A stretch of 61,800 bases of DNA, the filler included, from Nemertoderma westbladi (lineage: Eukaryota > Animalia > Xenacoelomorpha): assembly GCA_032718475.1 (NCBI GenBank). It is 3 parts of 3 records of this genome, joined end to end, with 100 filler letters (N's around TTAATTAATTAA, not from the genome) between each part and the next. Parts side by side here need not be neighbours in the genome. Positions count along the whole stretch, not along the records: positions 1 to 24,092 come from JAUCBJ010000007.1; 2 more parts are not named here. The stretch is one strand, 5' to 3'. The position numbers were made by a program, and so were the translations under genes. The notes beneath the pieces are model-generated. The model was not told where the DNA came from and did not search any database. It saw only the letters and a program-made list of their open reading frames with translations. This document shows positions 9,864 to 22,138 of this stretch, piece by piece (within the stretch, counting starts at the first letter, position 1; the number at the start of each line of letters is the position of its first letter).

Positions 9864-11048
9864 GTGATGGCTGTAAAACAGCAACAGTACCCGAACCGAG
9901 AAGTTATTTCTCAACTATGTAGTAACTCTAGTTCCGACACCGAAGAGTTAACGCCCGAGATCGGATCAAGGAGGGAAGAAGTGGTTTATCCTGACCCACT
10001 TTTGATTCTTCCTGGGGCAGTGCTCACTAGAGTACTTATAGCCGTAGAAGAACATCAAGCAGACTGGATGAGAAATAAGAGATCGACCAGGGACAGTTAC
10101 GCCGGATACCCTCTGGAAGATCTAAGGTTTATTGTAGAGACTCAATGGAACTTCCTCGGACCCGGACTCCTGTTTAACTTATCGGAAGCAGCCTGGGAGG
10201 ACTTATATCAAATGGGCATAGTTTGAGACACCTGAGATCCCACTGTATGGAAGAGGTCAACAGCCGGATATGTCCAAGGATTCTTCAACTCCGTAGGACG
10301 AATAGAAATACAGTTATTCCAACAACATCAGGGACCTCAAGAGCAGGGATAACTGCTTTACCAAGTGAGAGAAAGGATATTGAGGATCAGATTAATCCTT
10401 TCAGCCTTTGAAGAGGCCTCAAAGAGAAGTCAAGATACATCACTGTAGGTGGCAGTAAAGACTTGGTTCCAACGAGTGAATGCTAAAGTCCAGGGAACAA
10501 CACAATGGAAGGCTCAGCTAACTGAACGCATAGCCTGTGGAGAATCAACCGATGCAACTTTCTCCCATGTGGAAGGCGAGGCGGTATCCGGAAAACCTCA
10601 GAAGAAGGATGCTATTGATATCTATCTGTCGGATTATCAACGATTTATAGGTAACAAGGAGCTAAGGATACGCCTAACTGGACTTCCCCCCAATAGTGAA
10701 GAAGCCATATTCATTTTGGACTCCTTAGATGCAGAGATATTAGCTGCGGAGCAGGCTAAATTTGATGAAAGCATTCTCATCGTGATGGACAAAGAAGAAC
10801 AAATAAAGAAAGACCGGAAATGAGCTGCAACCGCGGAAGCTGAATTAAAAGCTGCAGCGGCAGTGGCAGAAGCTGATAAAAGAGCAGCGGCGGCAACGGC
10901 AGAAGCTGATAGAAAGGTGGCAGCGACGGAAGTTAACCGAAAGGCGGCGGCGGCAGAAGTAGAACGTAAAGCTGCAACAGTAGAAGCTGAATGGAGGGCA
11001 GCTGAAGCAAAAGTACAACTAGATTTGTTCACTATAGTTAATTTGTAA
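9864..11048 (+). pseudogene. Degraded ~390-codon ORF of unknown (probably transposon) origin with Ala/Glu/Lys-rich 11-aa repeat coiled-coil tail
   Basis: ORFs 9864-10226, 10449-10823 and 10863-11048 share one frame; reading through shows five internal stops and no frameshift; AAAATAEADRK-type 33-bp repeats at ~10824-11010. Confidence 0.55.
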
Positions 11049-13329
11049 AGTTTAGTCTAAATTCGATAAATCTTTTGGTTAATTATGTTAAATATACTGC
11101 AAACTCAGAACATGTCGACATCTCGAACATCTCGAATAGCCAAATGCTTCGGAGAATGGCTGCCTATACCTTTAGCCCACAGCAATGCAAGGGGGAGGAA
11201 TGCCCGCATCGCATAAGGGAACCTACACCATTCGCCCGCACCCACCTAGACCATGATTCGACAGCCTGAAAATGCCCATGCCCGAGGTAAGACTTTGTTC
11301 ACCACCTTTGCCCGCTGTAAGAGTGAAGTGTGACAACATCCTGGGATGCTGTAAAGTTTAGGAGTTAAATATCTCGGATCCAGACAGAAACCCCACGGTT
11401 GATCCGCATCGCTTACAGGTGTGAGCTGGTGCTGTTTGCTAGTACGTGCGAGTACACTAGGTACAAATAGCACGCTTTATAATTTGGTGACGGCCAACTA
11501 CCGGTTAGCACTGTGGGCTTTACTGTCAACTGATCTGTCTGGGTTAGACATATTTACTCAGGCAAAGGGCAGATTTCTGCTTCTGGCACAGATTTTAGCT
11601 AAAGGGCGGTTTAGTAACGTTCTACCGCACCCTTGCCACGTACTGATAGGTATTTCCTGCATACCACCGCGGCAACAATGTTTAGAACAAATTTATATAC
11701 CAGATCAGCTAAAGTATGGTAGCAAATTAACACCCTATTATCTATTTCACAATCAGAGTCAGGTATCAGTGCCGATCACGGGCGAAGTTACTAACACCGT
11801 AATTGCCCAATCGAGTTGTGAATATAGGAGGAGAGAGCCCCCTTTTGACATCAGTTCTTAAGTATTGCGTCAACAGCGCACGACTAGCTTATTCTAGTAG
11901 CTAGTGCCCAATTTATTTTGTAAAAGTCACCAAAACCTAGTATTATAGCGATACCCCAAAATTTTGCTTTACCATAACGCACACACACATGCGTGTCTTA
12001 AGATTGTTATTCTACTGATATTATACCCCTTTTGACTGCTTTTCTGTCGGCAATATTGTTTTACGCTATTGTTATTAACCCACTGGCTCGTTATACCCAT
12101 ATAAATCGCACTGCCACAAGTCTACAGTAGCTTAGGTCCATTAGCGGTAGTTAGGATTCGCTACGCGGGGATTGTTTTCTCACTAGTTTGGTCTGTTTCT
12201 GTAGACTGTATTTCTGCCTCACCACCGGTTAGGGACTGGTCACCCTGATTGTCAAGTTAGCCTGGGCAATTGATTTGCCCAAGTTTAGGGGAAGACATCA
12301 GGCACCGATCTCGCCAGTAGCAGTTTGTGTACTTTGGTATCTATTATTTTTGGCCCGACGTTGGGATTTTACAGTAGATATTGTACATCGGTATTGGATT
12401 CTTCAGTAAGCGATGTTTTATAATTTTATGTGTTAGTAGAATTGTAAAATGATAGTTTTAGTATTTGATTAGCTATATGCTAATTTCGTAACTTATTTTG
12501 TCTTAGGCTGTGTGTGTGCGGTGTTACCTTTTTTCGGTAGTGGAAAAAGAACATAAGGTTTAAAGACCAATTTGTATCGGTACCTAGGAAAATTTTTTCG
12601 TAGAGTAGTCCGTAAAACTCTTACCTTCGATTTTTCATGCCTCATTTCTGGACTGCCTCGAGGATCAGGCCATTTTTAGCAAGTTTGGGAGGTAAAAGAT
12701 TTGTCCACGACGCTGGAAACGGAACAGTTCTCATCCAGTTTGTATCTGGGGATCTGTACGACTGGAAGATCAAAGAAATGTAAGTTTTACGACTCGTGTC
12801 GTTTAAACTTAGAGCACAGTATTACTCTAAATTTGAGGGTTCCACTGTCTAAATTTATGCATTGGTTATTGATACTGTTACATTGTGATAATGGATTCTA
12901 GGTTTCTTTCACTGGTAAATCCCTATAAATGTTGAAGTAATAAAATTTAATTACAGAACCATAGTTCGAAGATCAGCATTATTCATACCAGTCATTGCTT
13001 AGAAATTCTACTGGATAATATTGTTAATCTGACTTAAGTTGTTTAGGTTGAACAAAGTCTATATAGTAAACAACAGGTCCTCCAAAGAGTGTGTCTTTGG
13101 TATATTATATCATGAAGGGGGAAGTTAGATTCACTGCATAAATGCAGTTTATCTAACTTCCCCCAAATATCCACTGTTGAATAAAATTGAAGCGATATAT
13201 TAAGTCCGAAAAGGTTCGAGTTTTTTAATAAATTGTGTGGTCCATTTGTTATCTGATCTCTATTTATTGTTTAAAATTCATTTAAGATCACACTGGTTTT
13301 TAGAATATTACAACCTTATTTTTTATTAA

Positions 13330-15470
13330 TTTAACCAATCGAACACTTATAAGGACCGGTTATTTGTACACATACTCCTAATGCGCTCAGTAAGGTCCAT
13401 ACAACATATTAATATGAAAATAAATTATCTGCAACGAAAAGAACCCAATAATACACCATTTGACCTTATTAAAAAAATTGCACATTTGCACACATATTTG
13501 CACAAGTGCACTTTAGCGGATCCTAAAGGTGGTTCCTATTTAACACACTTATTCTCTACCGATCTACGATGGTGCATGATCAAGTGTCAGTCGCTAAAAG
13601 TGTCAAAAATCCAATTTAATAAATCGCGACATTTGCGATTTTGGACCATATTCATAGACATTTTAAGTCACTTTATAGACATAAAAAGATAAACAAATGT
13701 TAAGATTATAGTTAGAAATCACTCCAAACTACATTTTAACCCAAATAATAACCATTCTACGATGAATAGAACTTGAAATAATAGTGTTTGAAATATCGAA
13801 AATATGTGCACTATTTAAGTGCATTTTGCACTAGGTGCACATGCGTATTTTCCCAAGTTGTATCCTATTTCACACACTACAATCTATCCTCTATCCAATG
13901 AAAAAAGTTTCAGATCAAACGGCCCAGTAGAACCGAAGTTATTGATGTTTTAAAATAGTCACTCGAAAATTTCAAATTCACTTTGTCACATAGTCTAGTG
14001 GTTATCAGTCACGTTAATGAAACCTAAGTTCGCGGGTACGAAATCCAATATTGACTATTCTTAATTTTTTGTAAAAAAATTTTTTTTTTATATTTTCACT
14101 AAAATCGCTCTAACTTCGGTTCTAGTGGTCCAAATTCAATAAAATTTGTATATTCTTTGCCGTAATTTTTTTTCTATCTTTTGAGAGGGGGTCATTTTAG
14201 GCCCCAAAAAAAATGAAAAAAAAGGGCCAAAATTACGTGATATTTTTCGACCTTTAAAATTCGTAATTTTAATTATAAATGTTAAGAAAAAAGATAGCCG
14301 AGGTAATTTGCTAAATTCTAAATGTACTTTTGGCGCAATACGATAAATTATCATAGAGTAGCGATTTATTAAAAAAAAAATTTTTTTGTCCCTTTTTTTA
14401 AATATTTTATTTCACACGATCGTCTGCCGCACCAGTTGTATAAAAGCTAACGCGCTGTAACTACCGTTGAAAGATAGATAATTTAACGCACTATAAGTCT
14501 GTGTAAACAAATCTCCCGTAAGTTAAGTAGTTTTCGAGCTAGACGATTTCCCGCGAAGCGAGTTTGAAGCGCTAAATTTTATTTTTGGCCCTTATTTTTT
14601 TAATAGCGTCCGCGGAGCAAAACCGATAGCATATTTGAATTCCCCGTATCGATATTGACTGAATAGAGTCTACGTTAACCAACTAAAGTGAAAAATAAAA
14701 AATTATTCGATAAAAACTATTTTTTATATTCTGGCCCTCTTTGGCCTCTATTGTCGACATATTTGTTGTACCCCCACTCGATAGGAACGTAGCCCCAATG
14801 GTCTTCTACGAGTTTCAAAAAAGAATTAGTGGATTCCTACCCGCGTTGTCAAATTAAACATTTCGGAAATAAAATTTCGAAAAAAGACGGACAAAAACGT
14901 ACAAATTTACAGCCCCTTTTTCCACCCGAAATTTTAATAAATATCTTACCCCCATTCGATACGAAGGTAGTACCACTCTTCCCCTTTCCAACCGCGTTAC
15001 TTTCGTCCCCGTACAATTAATATTAGCCGAGTTATAGCGGATCCCGCAAAGTCATTTTGTCCGTTTTTTCAACTTTGACGGACATTTTCGGAAAAAAGGC
15101 GTGGTAATCTTTTTTGAAAAAAAAACGAATTCACTAATTAATCCCTTCTATCGTATCCCGACGTCGGCTAAGCAATAACCTAGGGTTTTTTCGAGCCACT
15201 GTAGAGCACCTTTCAAAAAAATTTTAAAATTGTCGAAAAAAGGACGGATTTTTGTCCGCCGTGTCCGTCGAAGGGTTAGATTTAATAATGTTAGAGTTGC
15301 TAATATCTTAGAATTCCGAGCCGCTCCCCTGGTGAGGAAATAAAAAAATTTGGTCAGTTCCTTCATCGAAAAGTCCCCCAGAATCTCAAGTTAACCTATA
15401 TAGTTAGCGATGGCCTGCGGCTTTAGGAGCGGCCGCGGTATTCACCTCCCTCATAGCGGCCGCGGCGGTG
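13330..15470. mobile_element. AT-rich non-coding DNA-transposon-like remnant (family not assignable)
   Basis: No credible ORF; inverted sub-repeats (AGTAGAACCGAAGTTA ~13926 vs TAACTTCGGTTCTAGT ~14112) typical of non-autonomous invertebrate DNA elements; termini not identified. Confidence 0.3.
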
Positions 15471-15698
15471 TTTGTGACGGGATCTACGGATCCCGGTTTA
15501 TCCGTTTGGGTTTTCTATCTACGCGTCCCCGCCGTGTATATGAAAAGGTTCGTTTAGAGTTCTGATGTTCGGTAATATGTAGAAAGGTATAATATAGTTG
15601 ATATAGCAGACATGGATAACTGGTTACCGGTAGATAAGTACAGAAGTATTACACGTGATGGCGGTAGCGGACGGTGATAGAAGTCACCGTTCCACCCT

Positions 15699-18136
15699 TC
15701 CACCCTATCTCTGGAAATGGATTGTTTTCGGCTGGAACCCAGTTCAAGAAGCGAACTGGAAAGCTATGGACTCATAGTGGACCCAGTGGTCACAAGTCCC
15801 AGATAGACCATATTCTGTTTCGTAGGAAATACAGGAGCTCTATACAAGACTGTAATGCATTTACACTTCGACCCTTCTCCAGTGATCACCGCCTTATTGT
15901 GGCCAAGGTAAGACTTAGTCTGCGTGCTAGCAGAACAACGAAATCTGCCTTGCCACGGCATGACTGGTCCTCTCTGTTGCAACAGCCAAGTGTGAGATCC
16001 AGCTTCACACTACAGCTGAGCAACAGGTATGAGGCTCTTGCCTCTGAGGCGGCAGATCACTGTGAGGGCTATACTGCCTTTACGGAAGCAGTTAAGTTAG
16101 CAGCTGCAGAAACAGTTCCTGTATACCCTCGAAACAGGAAAAGGGCCCCCTGGACTGACAACAAAATTCAGAAGTGCCGAAATGACCTTCATAAGGCGCA
16201 GAAAGAGTCCCGACTCAAACAGACTACAGCGGCCAAGAATGCAGTTAAAGCTGCATCTAGGTCCCTGAACAGGCAGTACTCTGTTAATCTACAGGAGCTA
16301 ATAAACCAACAGGTTGATGCCATCAATGATGCTGACGACAGCAGGCAATCATCCCAGGCATGGAAATCGATCAATCTGCTTACTGGGCGGAAAAGCCAAC
16401 CAACCACCAAGGTTAAGGCTGAATCACCAGCCGATCGCCGCAATGGTTGGAAAGCCCACTTTGAAAAGCTCCTCAATAATGACAGGGTATTGCCTGATAA
16501 CTTTATAGAAGTAAAAGTGTCTGAGTCTGTACTCCCAGATATTCCCATTGGCGATATCTCCTTTGCAGAAGTGAAGGCTGCTGCAAAGAGCATTAAGACC
16601 AATCGTGCCAGTGGAGTAGATGGTGTTCCCCCTGAGGTCTTTAAAATACCTGAGTGTTTAAAGCTCATCTATCCCATCATAGTAGACATGTACCGTACAA
16701 CAAGAGTCCCACAAAAAATGAAAACAAATAAGTTGGTGCCAGTCCCCAAGAAGGGCAACCTAACACTCTATGGTTCTTTTCGGGGAATCTCATTGATCTC
16801 GATTGCTGCAAAACTATACAATAGAATTCTATTAAATCGCATCAGGGATCCCATTGAGAGACTGCTACGTGGAAATCAGAATGGGTTCCGTAAAGGTCGT
16901 GGGACCATGGAGCCCATTTTGGCACTTAGAAGGATAATTGAAGAGTTATCAAAAAAGAAAGACAGGCATCTGGCTGTTATCTTTGTTGACTTCTTCAAGG
17001 CCTTTGATTCAGTCTCTCGCTCACGTATGTTCAGCATACTTTCATTATATGGGATTCCTGATGAAATTATTGCAGCAATCAGATCAGTATACGATGGTTC
17101 GACAACATTTGTGTCTACTGTTGACGGTGACACAGAACCATTTGAAGTGTTATGGGGCGTACTCCAAGGAGACACACTTGCACCATTCTTGTTCATTATT
17201 GTGGTTGACTATGTTCTACGCATGTCCTTAGATCATCATAATGATGATGGGGTGATGATAACTCCACCTACTGGCTCCAGAAGTCGAGGAAATCCTGCCA
17301 AGTACCTAACTGATCTAGACTTTGCTGATGACTTAGGAGTACTCTCAGAATCATTAGAGGGAGCCCAGCGGCTCCTCAGCTCATTAGAACATGCTGCTTC
17401 TAGTGTTGGTCTTTTTATTAACTCCAGAAAGACCAAAATTCTGACAGTTAACTTTGAAAGTCCTCAGCAAGTCTCTGATCGGATGAGCATAAGCTCAAAG
17501 GATGGTATACTTGAGCATGTGGACGACTTCTGTTACCTGGGATCATGGATCCGGAAGTCAGGTGAGGACCTTCGAATACGTAAGGGAAAGGCATGGGCAG
17601 CCTTGAATAGGCTTTCCAGGATTTGGAAGTCACCTAGAATTAATCGGAAACTTAAGGTCCGATTATTTAGAGCAGCAGTAGTTCCAGTACTCCTCTACGG
17701 GAGTCCATGCTGGGCTCTAACTGCTGAGGACACCAAATCTCTGGATGGCACATTCACAAGAATGCTACGCCGGGTACATTGTGTCAAGTACAATGCACAC
17801 ATCTCCAACCAGACACTATATAACATTGGAGGTGTCTCATTGGTTCCCCCAAGCTTGACACTAGAACAAAATCGCCTCCGCTTTGCAGGACATTGCTTTC
17901 GCCGTGAGGACCAGCCAGTGCATAATCTTGTACTTTGGCAGCCTCATGGAGTGAATAAGCATGGTGGACAGCCCATGACTTTCTTGAGACGCATCTTAAA
18001 GGACACTGGCCTTAAAGATGCGGATGATCTAGCAAATGTCATGGGTGATAGGGAGTTGTGGCGGTGCAATTTTGTTGACAAGCCGGCACAGCATTCTTAA
18101 AAATGCAGCTGCAATGCAGCATGCCGATCCTAGTAG
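15699..18136 (+). mobile_element. 5'-truncated RTE-clade non-LTR retrotransposon with 74-bp target-site duplication
   Basis: Flanked by identical 74-mers 15625-15698 and 18137-18210; very short 3' UTR ending TAGTAG; encodes APE C-terminus and RT. Confidence 0.9.
15710..18100 (+). CDS. RTE endonuclease (C-terminal part)-reverse transcriptase
   Basis: QIDHIL...SSDHRLIVAKVRL (APE end), PVPKKGN...FRGISLISIAAKLY, QNGFRKGRGT, FVDFFKAFDSV, GVLQGDTLAPFLF, DLDFADD, FCYLGS, RLRFAGHCFRR; uninterrupted frame. Confidence 0.92.
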   Translation, partial: SGNGLFSAGTQFKKRTGKLWTHSGPSGHKSQIDHILFRRKYRSSIQDCNAFTLRPFSSDHRLIVAKVRLSLRASRTTKSALPRHDWSSLLQQPSVRSSFTLQLSNRYEALASEAADHCEGYTAFTEAVKLAAAETVPVYPRNRKRAPWTDNKIQKCRNDLHKAQKESRLKQTTAAKNAVKAASRSLNRQYSVNLQELINQQVDAINDADDSRQSSQAWKSINLLTGRKSQPTTKVKAESPADRRNGWKAHFEKLLNNDRVLPDNFIEVKVSESVLPDIPIGDISFAEVKAAAKSIKTNRASGVDGVPPEVFKIPECLKLIYPIIVDMYRTTRVPQKMKTNKLVPVPKKGNLTLYGSFRGISLISIAAKLYNRILLNRIRDPIERLLRGNQNGFRKGRGTMEPILALRRIIEELSKKKDRHLAVIFVDFFKAFDSVSRSRMFSILSLYGIPDEIIAAIRSVYDGSTTFVSTVDGDTEPFEVLWGVLQGDTLAPFLFIIVVDYVLRMSLDHHNDDGVMITPPTGSRSRGNPAKYLTDLDFADDLGVLSESLEGAQRLLSSLEHAASSVGLFINSRKTKILTVNFESPQQVSDRMSISSKDGILEHVDDFCYLGSWIRKSGEDLRIRKGKAWAALNRLSRIWKSPRINRKLKVRLFRAAVVPVLLYGSPCWALTAEDTKSLDGTFTRMLRRVHCVKYNAHISNQTLYNIGGVSLVPPSLTLEQNRLRFAGHCFRREDQPVHNLVLWQPHGVNKHGGQPMTFLRRILKDTGLKDADDLANVMGDRELWRCNFVDKPAQHS

Positions 18137-18525
18137 TACCGGTAGATAAGTACAGAAGTATTACACGTGATGGCGGTAGCGGACGGTGATAGAAGTCACC
18201 GTTCCACCCTACTGAGCTGACTGAGTAAACTGAATAACTGATTGCATCGACCGGTAATATATATTGCACGGTTTGGCCTTGTTACAGTACCTAGTCGATG
18301 CTCCCCCCCTGATTGGCTAATATCCCTGTTGGCACCCTTTGGAGTGTTTCCCTTCACTCCTTGTGTTCTCTCTCGGTTAGGGGTTTGGCCCCTGACCCCT
18401 ATTGTGTGTTTCTCCTTCCCACTTTATTGGGGTGACGCGAGATTGGGTAACCAACCTCGTGGCCCCCAATATTGCTTAATGGCTCACTCTATGGGTTTGT
18501 GTTAGCGGAATTGGATAAGCTAACA

Positions 18526-18534
18526 CTCCCCCCC
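18526..18534 (-). promoter_or_regulatory. Polypurine tract of copy 2
   Basis: + strand CTCCCCCCC directly abutting LTR end GCTAACA (18525). Confidence 0.8.
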
Positions 18535-19094
18535 ATGCTATCTTCCCGGTTGGAAGATAGCATCCACCTAAAGTGCGCTACAATTCCGCTGGATCCCGAT
18601 CTAGTATCGGGTGTGGGGTGGGTCTATTTTCTTTCGGAGCCGGCTTTCCAGGCCGCTCCCTATGGGTATGATGTCACTACCCTCTGGCGTCTCGTGTCGG
18701 GCCGATCGTGCGCTTCTCTCACACAATTTTTGTTTCCCCGGCACTCTCACCACTCTAGCTCCGCTCTCTAACTCGACTCCCCAGTCTTACTCTCTCCCCA
18801 CACCTTAATCGCACTCTAACTTCTCTCCATACTCCTCTCACTATCTCCTCTCTACCACTCTCTAAGGCCCTAATCTCTAATGCTACCCCTGTGCTATCAT
18901 ACTATCTACCTACTACTTACTTGCTAACTATCTAACTATCTTACTTTCTACTAACTCTCCGACTCTAACTAGCTCTACTTAGTCTAACTAACTCCTACTA
19001 ACTCTCTACTTCTACTAACTCTACTTGACTCCTCTAAGTCTACCAACTCTCTAGCCCTTTAACTAGAACTCCCTAACTCTACCCACTCTTCTAA

Positions 19095-20125
19095 CTACGT
19101 GGCGCTTGCGGTGCCCACAACCACTCTACTGTCTACTTCCTTCTACGTGGCGCTTGCGGTGCCCACAACCACTCTACTATCTGGCACCCTATGTGCCCTT
19201 CTACTACTCAACTACCTCTCTAACTCTACTACCTGGCACCCTATGTGCCCTCTCTACTACCTCTAACACTCTAACTCTACTACTTGGCACCCTATGTGCC
19301 CTCTCTACTACTCTACTCTCTGGCACCCTACGTGCCCTCTCTACTACCTTAACACTCCACTCTACTACCTGGCACACTATGTGCCCTCTCTACCACTCTA
19401 CTCTATCTCTAACTTACTTCCTTTACATCTACTCCCTTTACATCTACTCGCCTACACGTGACGCTCTGAATGCCAGCAGAGTGGGTACGTTAATCATGTG
19501 AACTACTACTAACTCTTACTAACTCTACTAACTCTCTACTAACTCTTACTAACTCTACTACTAACTCTACTACTAACTCTCTACTAACTCCTTTTGTGCC
19601 CGGCACCTCTTGTGCCCGGCACCCACCCTAATTAACATACCCTGCTCTTACATCAAACACGTCATCACGCCCGTGCCCCACTAAGTTCAACGCATTCCCT
19701 ACTAACTCTAACTACGTGGCGCTTGCGGAGCCCACAACCACTCTGCTTACTACTTCCTACGTGGCGCTTACGGTGCCCACAACCCTCTACTGCTCTACTC
19801 CTTTCTACGTGGCGCTTATGGTGCCCACAACCCTCTACTGCTCTACTAACTTTCTAACTAACGGTACTACGTACCCTCTTACTACTCTAACTCTCTCTAC
19901 TAGCTAACGGTACTACGTACCCTCTCACTAACTCTAACTCCACTAACTAACGGTGCTACGTACCCTCTAACTACTCTCTAACTAACGGTACTACGTACCC
20001 TCTAACTCTTACTCTAACTAGCGGTACTACGTACCCTCTTAACTAACTAACTAACTAACTCTCTCGGTACTACGTACCTCCTAACTAACTAACTAATTAA
20101 CTCTCCCGGTACTACGTACCTCCTA
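19095..20125. repeat. Hairpin-motif arrays in low-complexity linker, copy 2
   Basis: Same four stem-loop motifs as 4365-5305 with different copy numbers. Confidence 0.85.
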
Positions 20126-20171
20126 ACTAACTTCTACCTACTTTATTATTTAATTATTTTATTGTTTTTAA

Positions 20172-21948
20172 TTAAATAATTATTTTATATTTTATGCGTG
20201 GGAAGGGCATCTCGCCCTCATTCCCACCCCCCTCAGTCCAAAACTTTGGACGACTAAAAACTCTCACGTGCCCCTTCTTCCAGTAGGCACTCTCCTGCTG
20301 CCCTCCTATACGTCCTCTAACTCTTCGCCACACTCTCTTCGGTGCTACCTTTGCTGGCCTCCCCCTTCGTATGTGCGCTGGCATTAAAGCCCTCGACGAC
20401 CCCCGATCGTCCCTTGGTATACACGGCGTCCGCCCATGTAATGCCCCCTCGCACTGTGTCAGTCCTGCGTGCGTATGCAACACGCCTCCGACTCCTTTAT
20501 GTTTGCTCATGGGCCTCTCTGCCCCTGGTTTAGTCCTTTCACATCCTCTCTCTTTCCAACACTCTCCGGATCTGTGTCCTTTTACCACACATCGATGACA
20601 TAGTCCGTTTGCGTCTGTGTAGGCTACACGATCTCGTTTGGGCAACGCTTGCCAGTACTTACAACTCCTGGTCTCATGGGTTCCGTCCCGATGTAATTGA
20701 CATTGGAATCCTGGATTATAGCGTTTCCTGTATAGTCCTTCACGTATCGCGCTTAGGTTTATATGTACCGATTTAATGTTTCGATTGTCTAGACTCGGCC
20801 TACTGGGTATATTGGGATTGTGTTTATTTATGGTGTTATTTTCTTTCTGTCCCTGCCACGGTGTGGCTCTGCTACCAGCTAACTGTGGACTAGCAGTCCC
20901 CTGTATGGCCGCGTGTGGTAGCGACTGTCCGCACGACCTGTTCTCGTCCAGGGAGTTCGATGTTCTTGCTCCTATTGGGGTATATTGTCGATATTGTGAT
21001 GGGGGAATGTCACCCTGTCCCCCCCCCCCCGGCCAGTATGTTTGGTACTGGGGTTGATGTTAATATATTGGGGCCCATACGTCTATCTCCAATAACTCTC
21101 CCCTCCCCTGGATACATGTTATGCCCCTGTGTATTATAGTCATGCTGCTGTACCGATATAGGCCTACCCACTTCCTGCCTACCTACCGGTATGTACTCTG
21201 CGGCTTCCGGGTTTAATCCCGTCGTTCGCGCTACCCTATCGCCTACTCTACCTCTCCCAGCATGGCCTATAATAGTATGTGCAGTAAGGCCTACAGTATG
21301 TCCTGCAGTCTGCATGTGCCCTTTCGAACCGAAGTTTAATCTTCGCGAATCTCGAATCTCCCGGCGACTACCGCACTCTCGATCGGCAGCTATATCCCGT
21401 CGGGAAGCTTCTCTCCGATCCCCTCTCCTGTTCTCGACTTTGTATTGGTATGTCCTGTACCCCTCTCTTGGCGTGTGGTGCGTTTCTCCGGGGCGACGGC
21501 AATCTCCCGAAGTTCGACCCCACTGACTCCCTAACTCCATCTCTACTATCGACGGTCCGCTATCCGTCCTCACACTGCTATCGTTCGTGGCGACACTTCT
21601 TCTACTATCTTCTCTTCTTCTCTTTTCAGTGCAGTATTCCGGCTCATGAGATCTCTTGTCGACCTCCCGGTTAAACTCCACTGTTCTTCTTCCCTCTTCT
21701 GATCGGGCTCGACGCTTCGTCCGCCCTCTCGCGACGTCAACCTGCCTCTCTCTGCTCGATCGCACGCCGCTGGGGATACTCGCAATCCCCTTATTACTCC
21801 CCATCGCCGGGTGTTGCGGTTTACCTAATTCGGCCCGCGCATTATTCGCCGACGCCTGTGGGACACTCTCTGCCCCCCCCTCTCTCGCTACTAATCTCTC
21901 GCGGTGGGGTGTCCGTAGCCCCCCCACACCCGCCACTTCTAACTTCAC
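20172..21948 (-). pseudogene. Frameshifted continuation of the copy 2 ORF with gag zinc knuckle remnant
   Basis: ORFs 21010-21948 and 20172-20645 homologous to copy 1 6298-7161 and 5394-6359; CHRCVVKGHRSGEC knuckle. Confidence 0.7.
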
Positions 21949-22138
21949 TATCTCTTACTGCACTTTTGCGTTCCTCTTGTCGGACACTCTCTACCCCCCC
22001 TCTCTCGCCACTAATCTTCTGTGGTGGGGCTCCTGTACCCCCCCCCCCCACTCGCCACTTCTAACTTCACTACCTCTTGCTACACTTCTACACCCCTCTT
22101 GTGGGGCATTCTCTGCCCCCCCTCTCTCGCCACTAATC

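Noticed and set aside
11075-11861. Short ORFs as a possible env-like gene
   Set aside because: No recognisable signal peptide, furin site plus fusion peptide or TM anchor arrangement; frames are not continuous.
13381-15366. Short Lys/Phe/Ile-rich ORFs (also 38722-39933, 51814-53424)
   Set aside because: Compositional by-products of AT-rich non-coding transposon remnants and intergenic DNA.
15674-15709. Apparent start (GTG, MIEVTVPPFHP) of the 808-aa RTE ORF
   Set aside because: These codons come from the LTR target-site duplication; the LINE is 5'-truncated within the endonuclease.
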